A DNA stretch of 53,362 bases from a virus (Duplodnaviria; Caudoviricetes), in IMG/VR virus record IMGVR_UViG_3300035670_000279, positions 1 to 53,362 of that record. One strand, 5' to 3'. Below, piece after piece: positions 45,762-53,362 of the stretch; positions within the stretch are counted from its first letter, which is position 1; every line of letters begins with the position of its first letter. The notes under the pieces were generated by a model. The model searched no databases and was not told the DNA's origin. It saw only the letters and a list, made by a program, of their open reading frames with translations. The position numbers were made by a program, and so were the translations under genes.

Positions 45762-45965
45762 ATGGGCGACAAAAACTGTACCCGCTTGCGGGTGCTGATG
45801 GCCAAACATCGCCTTACCGCCGAACAGGTCGGGGCGATGGTCAACCGTGAGGCCGGCACCGTCTACCAGTGGCGACGCGGCTACCGCGCTATGCCTGACG
45901 AGCTGCTGGAGTTGCTGGAGTGCAAGCTGCGGCCCTTGGATCTCGATGGCGAGGTGTCGGCATGA
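45762..45965 (+). CDS. Small HTH regulator
   Basis: LTAEQVGAMVNREAGTVYQWRRG; operator palindrome overlaps its RBS. Confidence 0.75.
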   Translation: MGDKNCTRLRVLMAKHRLTAEQVGAMVNREAGTVYQWRRGYRAMPDELLELLECKLRPLDLDGEVSA

Positions 45966-48778
45966 AGCAATACGACTACCTGCCGATCGAGCAGGCGCGC
46001 GAGGCGCTCGGTTTCATCAATACACAGGACGACCGCGACGAGTGGGTGCGCATCGGGAAGGCCCTACAGGACGAGTACGGGGACGAGGCTTTCGATCTGT
46101 GGGACTCCTGGTCGTCTGCTGCCTCCAGCTACCGCGAGCGCGATGCTCGCACAGTCTGGCGCTCCCTGGGCCGAATGAATGGCGGTTCCAACCCGGTGTC
46201 GATCGCCACGGTCATCTACGCCGCCAAGCAGGGCGGGTGGAAGCATGGCAAGATGGCTGCGCCGGATCCCGCTGCCGCTGCTCGCCGTGAGACCGAGCGT
46301 GCCGCTCGCCGCGAGGAGGCTGCCCGCCTGCATGCCGAGGACCAATCTGCCGCTGCTGCCTTTGCCCTGGACATCTGGGAGAAGGCCGAGCCGGCCAACG
46401 ACAATCACCCGTACCTCCAGCGCAAGCGCGTGCCGGCCTATGGCCTGCGCACTGCTGCCGAGGTGCACCTGCCCAACGCCGACGGGGAGCTGTTCACCGT
46501 CCGCGACCCGCTGATCATCCCGATCCTGTCTGGCCCTAACCAGCTCTCATCCATCCAGGTGATCGCCCCAAATGGGCGCAAGTCGTTCCTGGTGAACGGC
46601 CGCACCGATGGCTGCTACGCCAAGATCGGCAACGCCAAAGGGCCGAGCATCGTGGCGATCGCCGAGGGGTACGCCACCGCTGCGTCCTGGCACCGCGCCA
46701 CCGGCCACACTGTGGTGATCGCCTTCAACGCCGGCAACATGCCCAAGGTGGCTCGTGATCTGCGCGCCAAGCTGCCGGAGGCACGCCTCCTGATGGTGGC
46801 CGATAACGACTACCACGCACCGGGTGAGAAGGACGACAAAGGCCGCCTCAAGACCAATGCCGGCCTGCTCAAGGCGATCGAGGCAGCCGAGGAGTCTGGC
46901 TGCGAGGTCTACTTCCCGCCGGAGCCGCGCAAGCAGGACTTCAACGACCTGCACCTGGCGGCTGGGCTCGACGTGCTGGTGGAGATCTTCAACGACGGGG
47001 ACATGATCGACCTGGCCCGTCAGTACACCGCTGTGCCTGTTCCTGCTGCGCCGGTGGCCACGGTACCGGCCAACGATGACAAGCCCGCTGCTGCCGCTCC
47101 TGCGGGGCTCATGGACGCCTCCCACCGCCGTGAGACTGCCGCGCCAGTTGCCGATGGTTTCCTGGTGCTGGGCTACAACGACGATCTGGTCTACATCCTG
47201 CCGAAGGGATCTCCCCAGGTGCAGGCGTTGACCGCCCGGGGGATGACCGAAAACGGCCTGCTCAAGCTGGCCTCGCTCCACTACTGGCAGCACGCCTTCC
47301 CGCACGATAAGGCGCCGTTCTCTCGCACCGATGCGGTCGACTACATCTTCCGCCTGGCCCACAAGAAAGGCGTTTTCGACCCTCGCAGGATCCGCGGCCG
47401 CGGGGCGTGGCGTGATGCCGAGCGCCTGCTGTTCCACTTCGGTGACCACCTGCTGGTCGATGGCGTGCGCGCCGAGCTGCAGGAGATCAGTACCAAGTAC
47501 GTCTACCCGGCTGCCCTGCCGTTCCCCGAGCTGGCGGACACCCCGCTGACCGAGGCCGAGGGTGAGTGGCTGATCGCGATCTGTAACCGCTTCCGCTGGT
47601 CCAAGCCTGGGTCTGCTGCGCTGCTGGCCGGCTGGATCATGCTGGCGCCGGTCTGCGGCTCGCTGCGCTGGCGGCCGCACATCTGGCTAACCGGTGGCCC
47701 CGGTTGCGGCAAGTCGACCATCCTGGAGGACTTCGTTTTCCGCCTCCTGCGCGGGATCGAGGTCTATGCCCAGGGCAACTCGACCGAGGCCGGCTTACGG
47801 CAGGAGATCCGCGGCGATGCCGTGCCGGTGCTGTTCGAAGAGGGCGAGCAGAACGACGAGCGCGAAACCGCCCGCATGCAGGCCGTGTTGTCGCTGATCC
47901 GCCAGGCCTCCTCGGAGTCTGGCGCCAAGACCTTCAAGGGGACCGCCGGCGGCCGCTCGCTGCAGTTCCACATCCGCTCCATGTTCTGCCTGGCCTCGGT
48001 CATGGTGGGCATCAAGCACCAGGCCGACCGCGAGCGCCTGACGCTGCTGACCCTGCGCTCCAAGCCGGAGAAGGACACCCAGGACGCCGCCGACGCTGCT
48101 GCCAACTGTGAGGTGATCAAAGACGAGCTGCACCGCGTGCGTGCTGACGAGAACCTCTCTCGCCGGCTGTTCACCCGTTCGATCCGGTTGCTGCCGGTGA
48201 TCCTCGAGGCAGTGAAGGTGTTCGGCGCCCAGGCTGCGCGCTTCTTCGGCAACCAGCGTGACGGCGACCAGTTCGGCACGCTGCTGGCAGGGGCCTGGTG
48301 CCTCATGCACGACACCGTGCCCACGCCGGAGGAGGCCCTGGATCTGATCCAGTCCTACGACTGGCGCGAGCACAACGAGGAGACCAAGACCGACGACGCC
48401 ATGGAGGCGCTGACCGCGCTGATGGGGCTGTCCCTGCGGGCCAACGGCGGCGGAGAGTACACGGTCTTTGAGCTGGTGAACAAGATCCGCAAGGGTCACC
48501 AGGGGGAAGGCGACGCACAAAACGACGGCGTGCACATGCTGATCCGCGAGTGCGACAACCTCCTGCAGCGCTACGGGATCCGGGTCTCGCAGGGCCAGAT
48601 CCTGGTGGACGCTGCCTCCGACAAGCTCTGCAACCTGCTGCGGCATACCCAGTACGCCGGCGACCTGCGCGGGTACCTCAAGCGCGTGCCTGGTGTGACT
48701 GTTTGGCCGAAGGTGGCCAGGATCCACGGCGTGCCGCGCCGGGTCATGGCGATACCGCTTACCCTGATTACTGACTGA
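45962..48778 (+). CDS. Primase-helicase (PriCT-2, TOPRIM and P-loop domains)
   Basis: DRDEWVRIGKAL..WDSWS; HPYLQRK; AEGYATA; ADND; DFNDL; GGPGCGKST. Confidence 0.92.
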   Translation: MKQYDYLPIEQAREALGFINTQDDRDEWVRIGKALQDEYGDEAFDLWDSWSSAASSYRERDARTVWRSLGRMNGGSNPVSIATVIYAAKQGGWKHGKMAAPDPAAAARRETERAARREEAARLHAEDQSAAAAFALDIWEKAEPANDNHPYLQRKRVPAYGLRTAAEVHLPNADGELFTVRDPLIIPILSGPNQLSSIQVIAPNGRKSFLVNGRTDGCYAKIGNAKGPSIVAIAEGYATAASWHRATGHTVVIAFNAGNMPKVARDLRAKLPEARLLMVADNDYHAPGEKDDKGRLKTNAGLLKAIEAAEESGCEVYFPPEPRKQDFNDLHLAAGLDVLVEIFNDGDMIDLARQYTAVPVPAAPVATVPANDDKPAAAAPAGLMDASHRRETAAPVADGFLVLGYNDDLVYILPKGSPQVQALTARGMTENGLLKLASLHYWQHAFPHDKAPFSRTDAVDYIFRLAHKKGVFDPRRIRGRGAWRDAERLLFHFGDHLLVDGVRAELQEISTKYVYPAALPFPELADTPLTEAEGEWLIAICNRFRWSKPGSAALLAGWIMLAPVCGSLRWRPHIWLTGGPGCGKSTILEDFVFRLLRGIEVYAQGNSTEAGLRQEIRGDAVPVLFEEGEQNDERETARMQAVLSLIRQASSESGAKTFKGTAGGRSLQFHIRSMFCLASVMVGIKHQADRERLTLLTLRSKPEKDTQDAADAAANCEVIKDELHRVRADENLSRRLFTRSIRLLPVILEAVKVFGAQAARFFGNQRDGDQFGTLLAGAWCLMHDTVPTPEEALDLIQSYDWREHNEETKTDDAMEALTALMGLSLRANGGGEYTVFELVNKIRKGHQGEGDAQNDGVHMLIRECDNLLQRYGIRVSQGQILVDAASDKLCNLLRHTQYAGDLRGYLKRVPGVTVWPKVARIHGVPRRVMAIPLTLITD

Positions 48779-48823
48779 CTACCCGGGCCGAAAGGCCCCA
48801 ACAACCAAGAAGGAAACTCCCAC

Positions 48824-49123
48824 ATGAAAGCACTATCCATACTCATCGCAGCCCTGGCGCTCACCGCGTGTGGCCCGAACCCAAACATGCCGATGTACGA
48901 GCAGGAAGCCAGACCGGAAGGGATGGGCATCAATACCAATGGCCGCTTCAAAGTCGAGCGCGTCGGCGTGTTCAAGGACACCCTAGCCTATGATAACCGG
49001 CGCGGTATCTACGTGATTACCGATACCAAGACTGGCCAGGAGTTCGTCGGGGTGTCCGGCATCGGCATTTCTGAGCTTGGCTCGCACCGGTCTGGAAAGT
49101 CCAGGCTGAGCGACGAGCGCTGA
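48824..49123 (+). CDS. Lipoprotein of unknown function
   Basis: Lipobox LALTAC; DTKTGQEFVGVSGIGI. Confidence 0.75.
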   Translation: MKALSILIAALALTACGPNPNMPMYEQEARPEGMGINTNGRFKVERVGVFKDTLAYDNRRGIYVITDTKTGQEFVGVSGIGISELGSHRSGKSRLSDER

Positions 49124-49165
49124 AACACTACCCGGGCGCGCGAGCGCCCCAATAACCACAAGGAA

Positions 49166-49519
49166 ATGACTATGAATATTTCGATGAAAAACGGTCGCGT
49201 CGTCATTGATGGACGCGAGTTCTCCGGCAGCAACATACGGATAAATGGCAACCAGGTAATCGTTGACGGGGTAGTCCAAGACGGTGAATTGGTAGGCCCG
49301 ATCAGCGTGCAGGTGATGGGCGACGTCGACCGGCTGGACATGGGGGCTGGTGATGTGGCTGTGCAGGGGGCTGTTGGGCAGGTGAATACTGGCAGCGGGG
49401 ATGTTGAGTGCGGGCCGGTGACCGGTAGTGTTCGGACAGGAAGCGGGGATGTGCGCTGCGGCAACGTTGGTGGCTCAGTGCAAACTGGTAGCGGTGACAT
49501 CATAAGGGGCAGGGGATGA
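49166..49519 (+). CDS. Hypothetical beta-solenoid protein with TGSGDV repeats
   Basis: Repeated G.V.TGSGDV units. Confidence 0.7.
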   Translation: MTMNISMKNGRVVIDGREFSGSNIRINGNQVIVDGVVQDGELVGPISVQVMGDVDRLDMGAGDVAVQGAVGQVNTGSGDVECGPVTGSVRTGSGDVRCGNVGGSVQTGSGDIIRGRG

Positions 49520-50235
49520 CCGCCCCTGCGCTGGTGAAGCGCTTTCCCATGAACACCGTTGGCCGGGACTTTGCCGTGGGAGACATCCACGGCCATTTCA
49601 CCCTGCTGCAGCAAGCGCTCGATCGGCTCGGGTTCGATCCGGCGCGTGACCGGCTGTTCTCAGTGGGCGACCTGGTGGATCGCGGCCCTGAATGCGAGCA
49701 AGCGCTGTCCTGGCTGGATAAGCCGTGGTTCCACCCGGTGCGGGGCAACCACGACGACTACGTGTGCCGGCATGACACCTGCGACACCGGCAACTGGCTG
49801 CAGAACGGAGGCGGTTGGTTCATGGCGCTGACCTGGGCAGAGCGGGAGGAGTTCGCTGCTCAGTTCCGTGAGTTACCCATTGCGATCGAGGTGGAGACGA
49901 CGACCGGTCCGGTTGGGGTGGTCCACGCCGACTGCCCTTTCCCATCCTGGGAGCACCTGGTAGAAATGCTGGAAACCTGGCCCTGCAAAGGACACCTGCG
50001 CGACATCAAGAACGCCTGCATGTGGTCGAGGCGCAGGGTGGAGAATGAAGACCGTACCGAGATTGAGGATGTGCGGGCTGTCGTGGTGGGGCATACGCCT
50101 CTGTCGTGCCCGCGCAAGCTGGGCAACGTCTACCACATCGACACCATGGGCTGGTGCCCCCAGAAGGGCGGCTTTTTCACCTTCCTGGAGCTGCGGTCGA
50201 TGACCGCTCACTTTGACATAAAGGAGACTGTATGA
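49516..50235 (+). CDS. Metallophosphoesterase (lambda NinI-like Ser/Thr phosphatase)
   Basis: GDIHG, GDLVDRG, RGNHD, VHA, GHTP and IDT motifs. Confidence 0.95.
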   Translation: MTAPALVKRFPMNTVGRDFAVGDIHGHFTLLQQALDRLGFDPARDRLFSVGDLVDRGPECEQALSWLDKPWFHPVRGNHDDYVCRHDTCDTGNWLQNGGGWFMALTWAEREEFAAQFRELPIAIEVETTTGPVGVVHADCPFPSWEHLVEMLETWPCKGHLRDIKNACMWSRRRVENEDRTEIEDVRAVVVGHTPLSCPRKLGNVYHIDTMGWCPQKGGFFTFLELRSMTAHFDIKETV

Positions 50236-50612
50236 GCCAAACTGAACTGCCCACCATGGAGCAGCGCCTCGTCCGCTGGGCGCTCTCGGGGGACACCGGC
50301 GCCTCGTCGCAGACGCTGGCTTGTGCCGTGCTCGGGATCCGCCAGGAGGACCGGGCCTTCGGCTTCGCCGTGCCCTGCGACTACAGCGATTTCGGCCGCT
50401 GCTATCGCCTGGTGCAGCTGGTGCCGGAGATCCTCACCATGTGGGATAAGGTAGTTGCTGCGTGCCCTGCCTGGGGGCCGCTGGCCGAGCACTGGGACGA
50501 GCTGGTGGCGCTGTACGAGGCGGATACGGAGTGCCAAGTGTCGGACACCTGCCGGCACATGCTGCGGACGCTGCGGGACCAGTATCAGCGGTCGAAGCGG
50601 GAGGGGGTATGA
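50232..50612 (+). CDS. Hypothetical phage protein
   Basis: GDTGASS and P.D.SDFGRC motifs; AAGGAG RBS. Confidence 0.7.
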   Translation: MSQTELPTMEQRLVRWALSGDTGASSQTLACAVLGIRQEDRAFGFAVPCDYSDFGRCYRLVQLVPEILTMWDKVVAACPAWGPLAEHWDELVALYEADTECQVSDTCRHMLRTLRDQYQRSKREGV

Positions 50613-50908
50613 AAGACTTCTGGCTCGGTTTCATGGTGGGGGCTTTTGCTATTGGCCTGGTCGCCTCCAAGGCGACTGACAAGGTGCGCAGCGAAACTCT
50701 GGCGGATGCTGCGGGATCTGGGTACATGGTGCGCGATGGCAAAGCCTACCGAGTGATGCCTGTAGCCGACGAAGCGGCCGAGTACCTGCCGAACGACGTG
50801 CCGTGCAAGTGCACTCCTGGAAAGGTTATCGACGGGGTGGAGTGGCCTGGTGACTGCCCAGAATGGGAGACTAGGCCGTGGTGCCTCAATGTAGCGCGGC
50901 CACAGTAG
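50609..50908 (+). CDS. Hypothetical membrane-anchored protein
   Basis: ATGA-coupled; N-terminal TM segment. Confidence 0.55.
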   Translation: MKDFWLGFMVGAFAIGLVASKATDKVRSETLADAAGSGYMVRDGKAYRVMPVADEAAEYLPNDVPCKCTPGKVIDGVEWPGDCPEWETRPWCLNVARPQ

Positions 50909-50919
50909 CCACCAGCAAC

Positions 50920-50942
50920 GCCCCGGTCAGCCGGGGCTTTTT
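50920..50942 (+). terminator. Terminator
   Basis: GCCCCGG-TCAG-CCGGGGC followed by T5. Confidence 0.8.
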
Positions 50943-51050
50943 ATTGCGGGAAACCCAACGATATATTTACAACGTAAATACTTGCGTCTATTATGGTCAC
51001 CAAGCAAGGATGAAGCCTTGCTGTAAATTGCAAGAGCGCAAGGAGATTAC

Positions 51051-51836
51051 ATGAAAATTCTGATTGCTTGTGAGCGTTTCGGCGTTATCCGTGACGCCTT
51101 TATTCGGGCGGGGCACGAAGCCATGTCTTGTGACTTGGTTGAAACCGAGTCGCCCGGGCCTCACTACAAGGGCAACGTGCTGGACGTGCTCGATGGCGGC
51201 TGGGACATGATGATAGCCCACCCTGACTGCACCTTTCTGACCGGATCCGCCGCTTGGGCGTTCGGGGACGGCCCGTACCATCAAAAGGTTTCACCAGGCA
51301 CGCTGGTTGGGGCTGCCCGTCGCGCTGCTCGAGCTGATGCGTTGGAGTTCGTCGCGCTGCTTGCCCGGGCCAATATTCCGCGAATAGCCATCGAGAACCC
51401 TGGCCGCGGCTTCCTGAACACCATGCTGGATCTGAAGCAGTATGGTTTCAGGTCTAACTTCCCCACCCAGATAATCCACCCATATGAGTACGGTCATGAT
51501 GCGAGCAAGGCGACCGGCCTGGCCCTGAAAAACCTGCCTGACCTGACTCCCACCAACTACGTGCGGCCGCGTCTTGTCTGCAAGGTGTGCAAGTTCACTT
51601 TCGATTATGGCCTCCACAAGTGCCCTGCGTGCAGTTCGCACGAATACCTGCCGCGCTGGGGGAACCAGACCGATAGTGGCCAGAACCGCCTCAGCCCGGG
51701 AGAAGGGCGTGCCATGGAGCGAGCCCGCACCTATCAAGGGTGGGCGGATGCGATGGTTGCGCAATGGGGGAATTTGCCGGCTATGACGGCTGCCAACGAT
51801 AACAAACAGGCGCCTGATGCCGCACTTGCTGTGTAA
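51051..51836 (+). CDS. Phage-type DNA cytosine methyltransferase-like protein with zinc-finger insert
   Basis: MKILIACE, SCDL, IAHPDCT (PC-like), IENP, KATGL and RARTY motifs; CKVC..CPAC insert. Confidence 0.8.
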   Translation: MKILIACERFGVIRDAFIRAGHEAMSCDLVETESPGPHYKGNVLDVLDGGWDMMIAHPDCTFLTGSAAWAFGDGPYHQKVSPGTLVGAARRAARADALEFVALLARANIPRIAIENPGRGFLNTMLDLKQYGFRSNFPTQIIHPYEYGHDASKATGLALKNLPDLTPTNYVRPRLVCKVCKFTFDYGLHKCPACSSHEYLPRWGNQTDSGQNRLSPGEGRAMERARTYQGWADAMVAQWGNLPAMTAANDNKQAPDAALAV

Positions 51837-51857
51837 AGCCTGGCCACCTCCATCATC

Positions 51858-51885
51858 AAGCCTCGGCTCCGTGCCGGGGCTTTTT
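51858..51885 (+). terminator. Terminator
   Basis: GC hairpin followed by T5. Confidence 0.7.
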
Positions 51886-51944
51886 ATTGCCTCCCGCCTT
51901 ACAACTTACTAATATATAGTTCCCACATGCAATCGGAGTTCTAT

Positions 51945-52124
51945 ATGGCAAACAAGACATCTTGGCCGTTCGCAAAGATGGCCGTCGGTGAGGAGTGCGT
52001 CATCGCGGAAAAGCACATAGGCCTGCGCGGCCAGACTTATGTTCATGTCTATGCTCGGGCCACTGGGAAGACCTTCTCGTCTCGGTCAGATCGTGACGGC
52101 ATTCACTTCAAGCGGTTGTCCTGA
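51945..52124 (+). CDS. Small putative DNA-binding protein
   Basis: WPFAKMAVGE..F..R pattern; GGAG RBS; flanked by terminators. Confidence 0.65.
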   Translation: MANKTSWPFAKMAVGEECVIAEKHIGLRGQTYVHVYARATGKTFSSRSDRDGIHFKRLS

Positions 52125-52141
52125 CCGCGCCCATTGCTACC

Positions 52142-52168
52142 AGCCCGGCCTACTTGCCGGGCTTTTTT
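52142..52168 (+). terminator. Terminator
   Basis: AGCCCGGC...GCCGGGCT followed by a T run. Confidence 0.75.
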
Positions 52169-52204
52169 GTGTCCGCGCGGCTCCGGCCACCAGCTGGGCG
52201 TATC

Positions 52205-52502
52205 GCCCCGTTACCCCTCATCCCGACCTTTCAGGCCACTCCCGCTCTGCGCCAATTGCGCGGCGTAACAATGGCGCTGCTACACGCCAGCCCTTATGTG
52301 GCGCGGCGTAACGCGTAACGTAACATTTGGAAAATAGATATATTACACACATGCACACACATATGCGCACATACACACGCCTTAGGGGTCTATTATTATT
52401 ATGTTACTACCGTTACAGTGTTACATAGATAGATATAGAGCTGTTTTTATTGGTGTTTTCTCGTAACAATTTCCGTAACCGCCAAACCGGCCGCTGTTAC
52501 GC
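52205..52502. other. Putative replication origin
   Basis: Non-coding, AT-rich; 11 GTAAC/GTTAC pentamers; central alternating purine-pyrimidine tract. Confidence 0.6.
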
Positions 52503-52562
52503 TTCGACCCTGCCGCCCTGCAGGGCTAAACTCCTGGCTAGACCCCTGATCAGGCCCTGACC

Positions 52563-53201
52563 ATGCAACTCCAAATGAAATTCGAATCCACCCCTATGTC
52601 TCGCGCCTACCTGCGCCAGTTCGAGAAGGCCGCCGCTGTGGCTCTCACTCGCACCGCCTGGGATGTTCGTAAGGAGCTGACCGAGGAGATGCAGTCGGTG
52701 TTCGACAACCCGACCCCGTTCACCCTTCGGGCCTTCCGCGTGGACATGGCCAAGGCGTCTGACCTCACCGCCACCGTATGGGCGGGCAAGGAGCAGGCCC
52801 GGTATCTGCGGCCGGAGATCGAGGGGGGAGAGCGGAACACCAAGGGGTTCGAGCGGAAGATGCACCTGTTCGGCGGGGAGGTTGCTCTGCCGGGAGCCGG
52901 GGCAAAGCTCAACACCTACGGCAACATGCCGCTCTCGTTCATCAAGCGCGTGGCCGGGGATCTGAACACCTACGGGAAGGACAAGCGCTTCTTCGTCGGC
53001 AAGCCCAAGGGCGGCCGGGGAATGCCCGAGGGTGTGTGGGCTCGGACGAACAACAACAAGCGCCTCACCCCGCTGATGGTGTTCGCTGAGGATGCGACCT
53101 ACGAGAAGCGCTTCAAGGCGTCGGCTATCGCTGGGCAGACCGTGGACCGGGTGTTCGAGTCTCGGCTGATGGAAGCACTCAGGCAGTACGCCGGCCAGTG
53201 A
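52563..53201 (+). CDS. Virion neck / minor tail protein-like gene upstream of cos
   Basis: AAAVALTRTA..FDNPTPFT motif; basic protein; position before the terminase on the circular map. Confidence 0.6.
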   Translation: MQLQMKFESTPMSRAYLRQFEKAAAVALTRTAWDVRKELTEEMQSVFDNPTPFTLRAFRVDMAKASDLTATVWAGKEQARYLRPEIEGGERNTKGFERKMHLFGGEVALPGAGAKLNTYGNMPLSFIKRVAGDLNTYGKDKRFFVGKPKGGRGMPEGVWARTNNNKRLTPLMVFAEDATYEKRFKASAIAGQTVDRVFESRLMEALRQYAGQ

Positions 53202-53350
53202 GCTGGCTATCGGCTTAACCAGCGGCCCTATGGCTGCGTGTAACGACCACCCATGTACCTCCGTATTGACCAACACCTCCGACGAGCTCCTGTGCGGCCC
53301 TGTGGCACTTGCTGGGGCGTTCAAGGTACTGGGACGGGATGTGCTGGATG

Positions 53351-53362
53351 GGTAATTCGCGC
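53351..53362. repeat. Right copy of the 12-nt terminal repeat (cos)
   Basis: Identical to 1-12; cosQ-like AGGTACT at 53324-53330. Confidence 0.8.

Noticed and set aside
1..53362. CRISPR array, retron or reverse transcriptase, transposase
   Set aside because: No regularly spaced repeat-spacer array and no RT or DDE motifs seen by eye.

Overview
This window looks like a complete, roughly 53.4-kb temperate tailed-phage genome. Its ends carry the same 12-nt sequence GGTAATTCGCGC (1-12 and 53351-53362), immediately upstream of a lambda-type terminase, which fits a cos site. The host is probably an Aeromonas-like gammaproteobacterium; this is inferred from the SSB and the dusA-like attachment sequence. 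Gene order: lambda-like packaging and head genes, P2-like contractile tail and baseplate with three receptor-binding or fibre genes, lysis cassette, dusA-targeting tyrosine integrase, then replication and recombination genes (SSB, SMC-like ATPase, VRR-NUC, SF2 helicase, ExoVIII-like protein, annealase candidate, RdgC, primase-helicase). There are also two DNA methyltransferases, two homing-type endonucleases, many small early genes and a likely origin near 52.2-52.5 kb. The most unusual signals are: (1) a roughly 760-nt array of structured RNA modules (44281-45043) holding an anticodon-less tRNA mimic on a 19-bp stem, a real tRNA-Pro and a 12-nt perfect complement of the 16S rRNA 3' end, upstream of a TerB-like gene; (2) a tandem double attP with two diverged dusA 5'-replacement cassettes at an exact 122-bp period; (3) at least 10 copies of a TTTAC-N3-GTAAA operator but no canonical CI repressor; (4) orphan 5' gene stubs marking insertions that rebuilt the start of the interrupted gene; (5) SsrA-tag-like C-termini on both methyltransferases; (6) an apparently catalytically dead ExoVIII homologue. 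All calls come from reading motifs and synteny by eye; no database searches were run.
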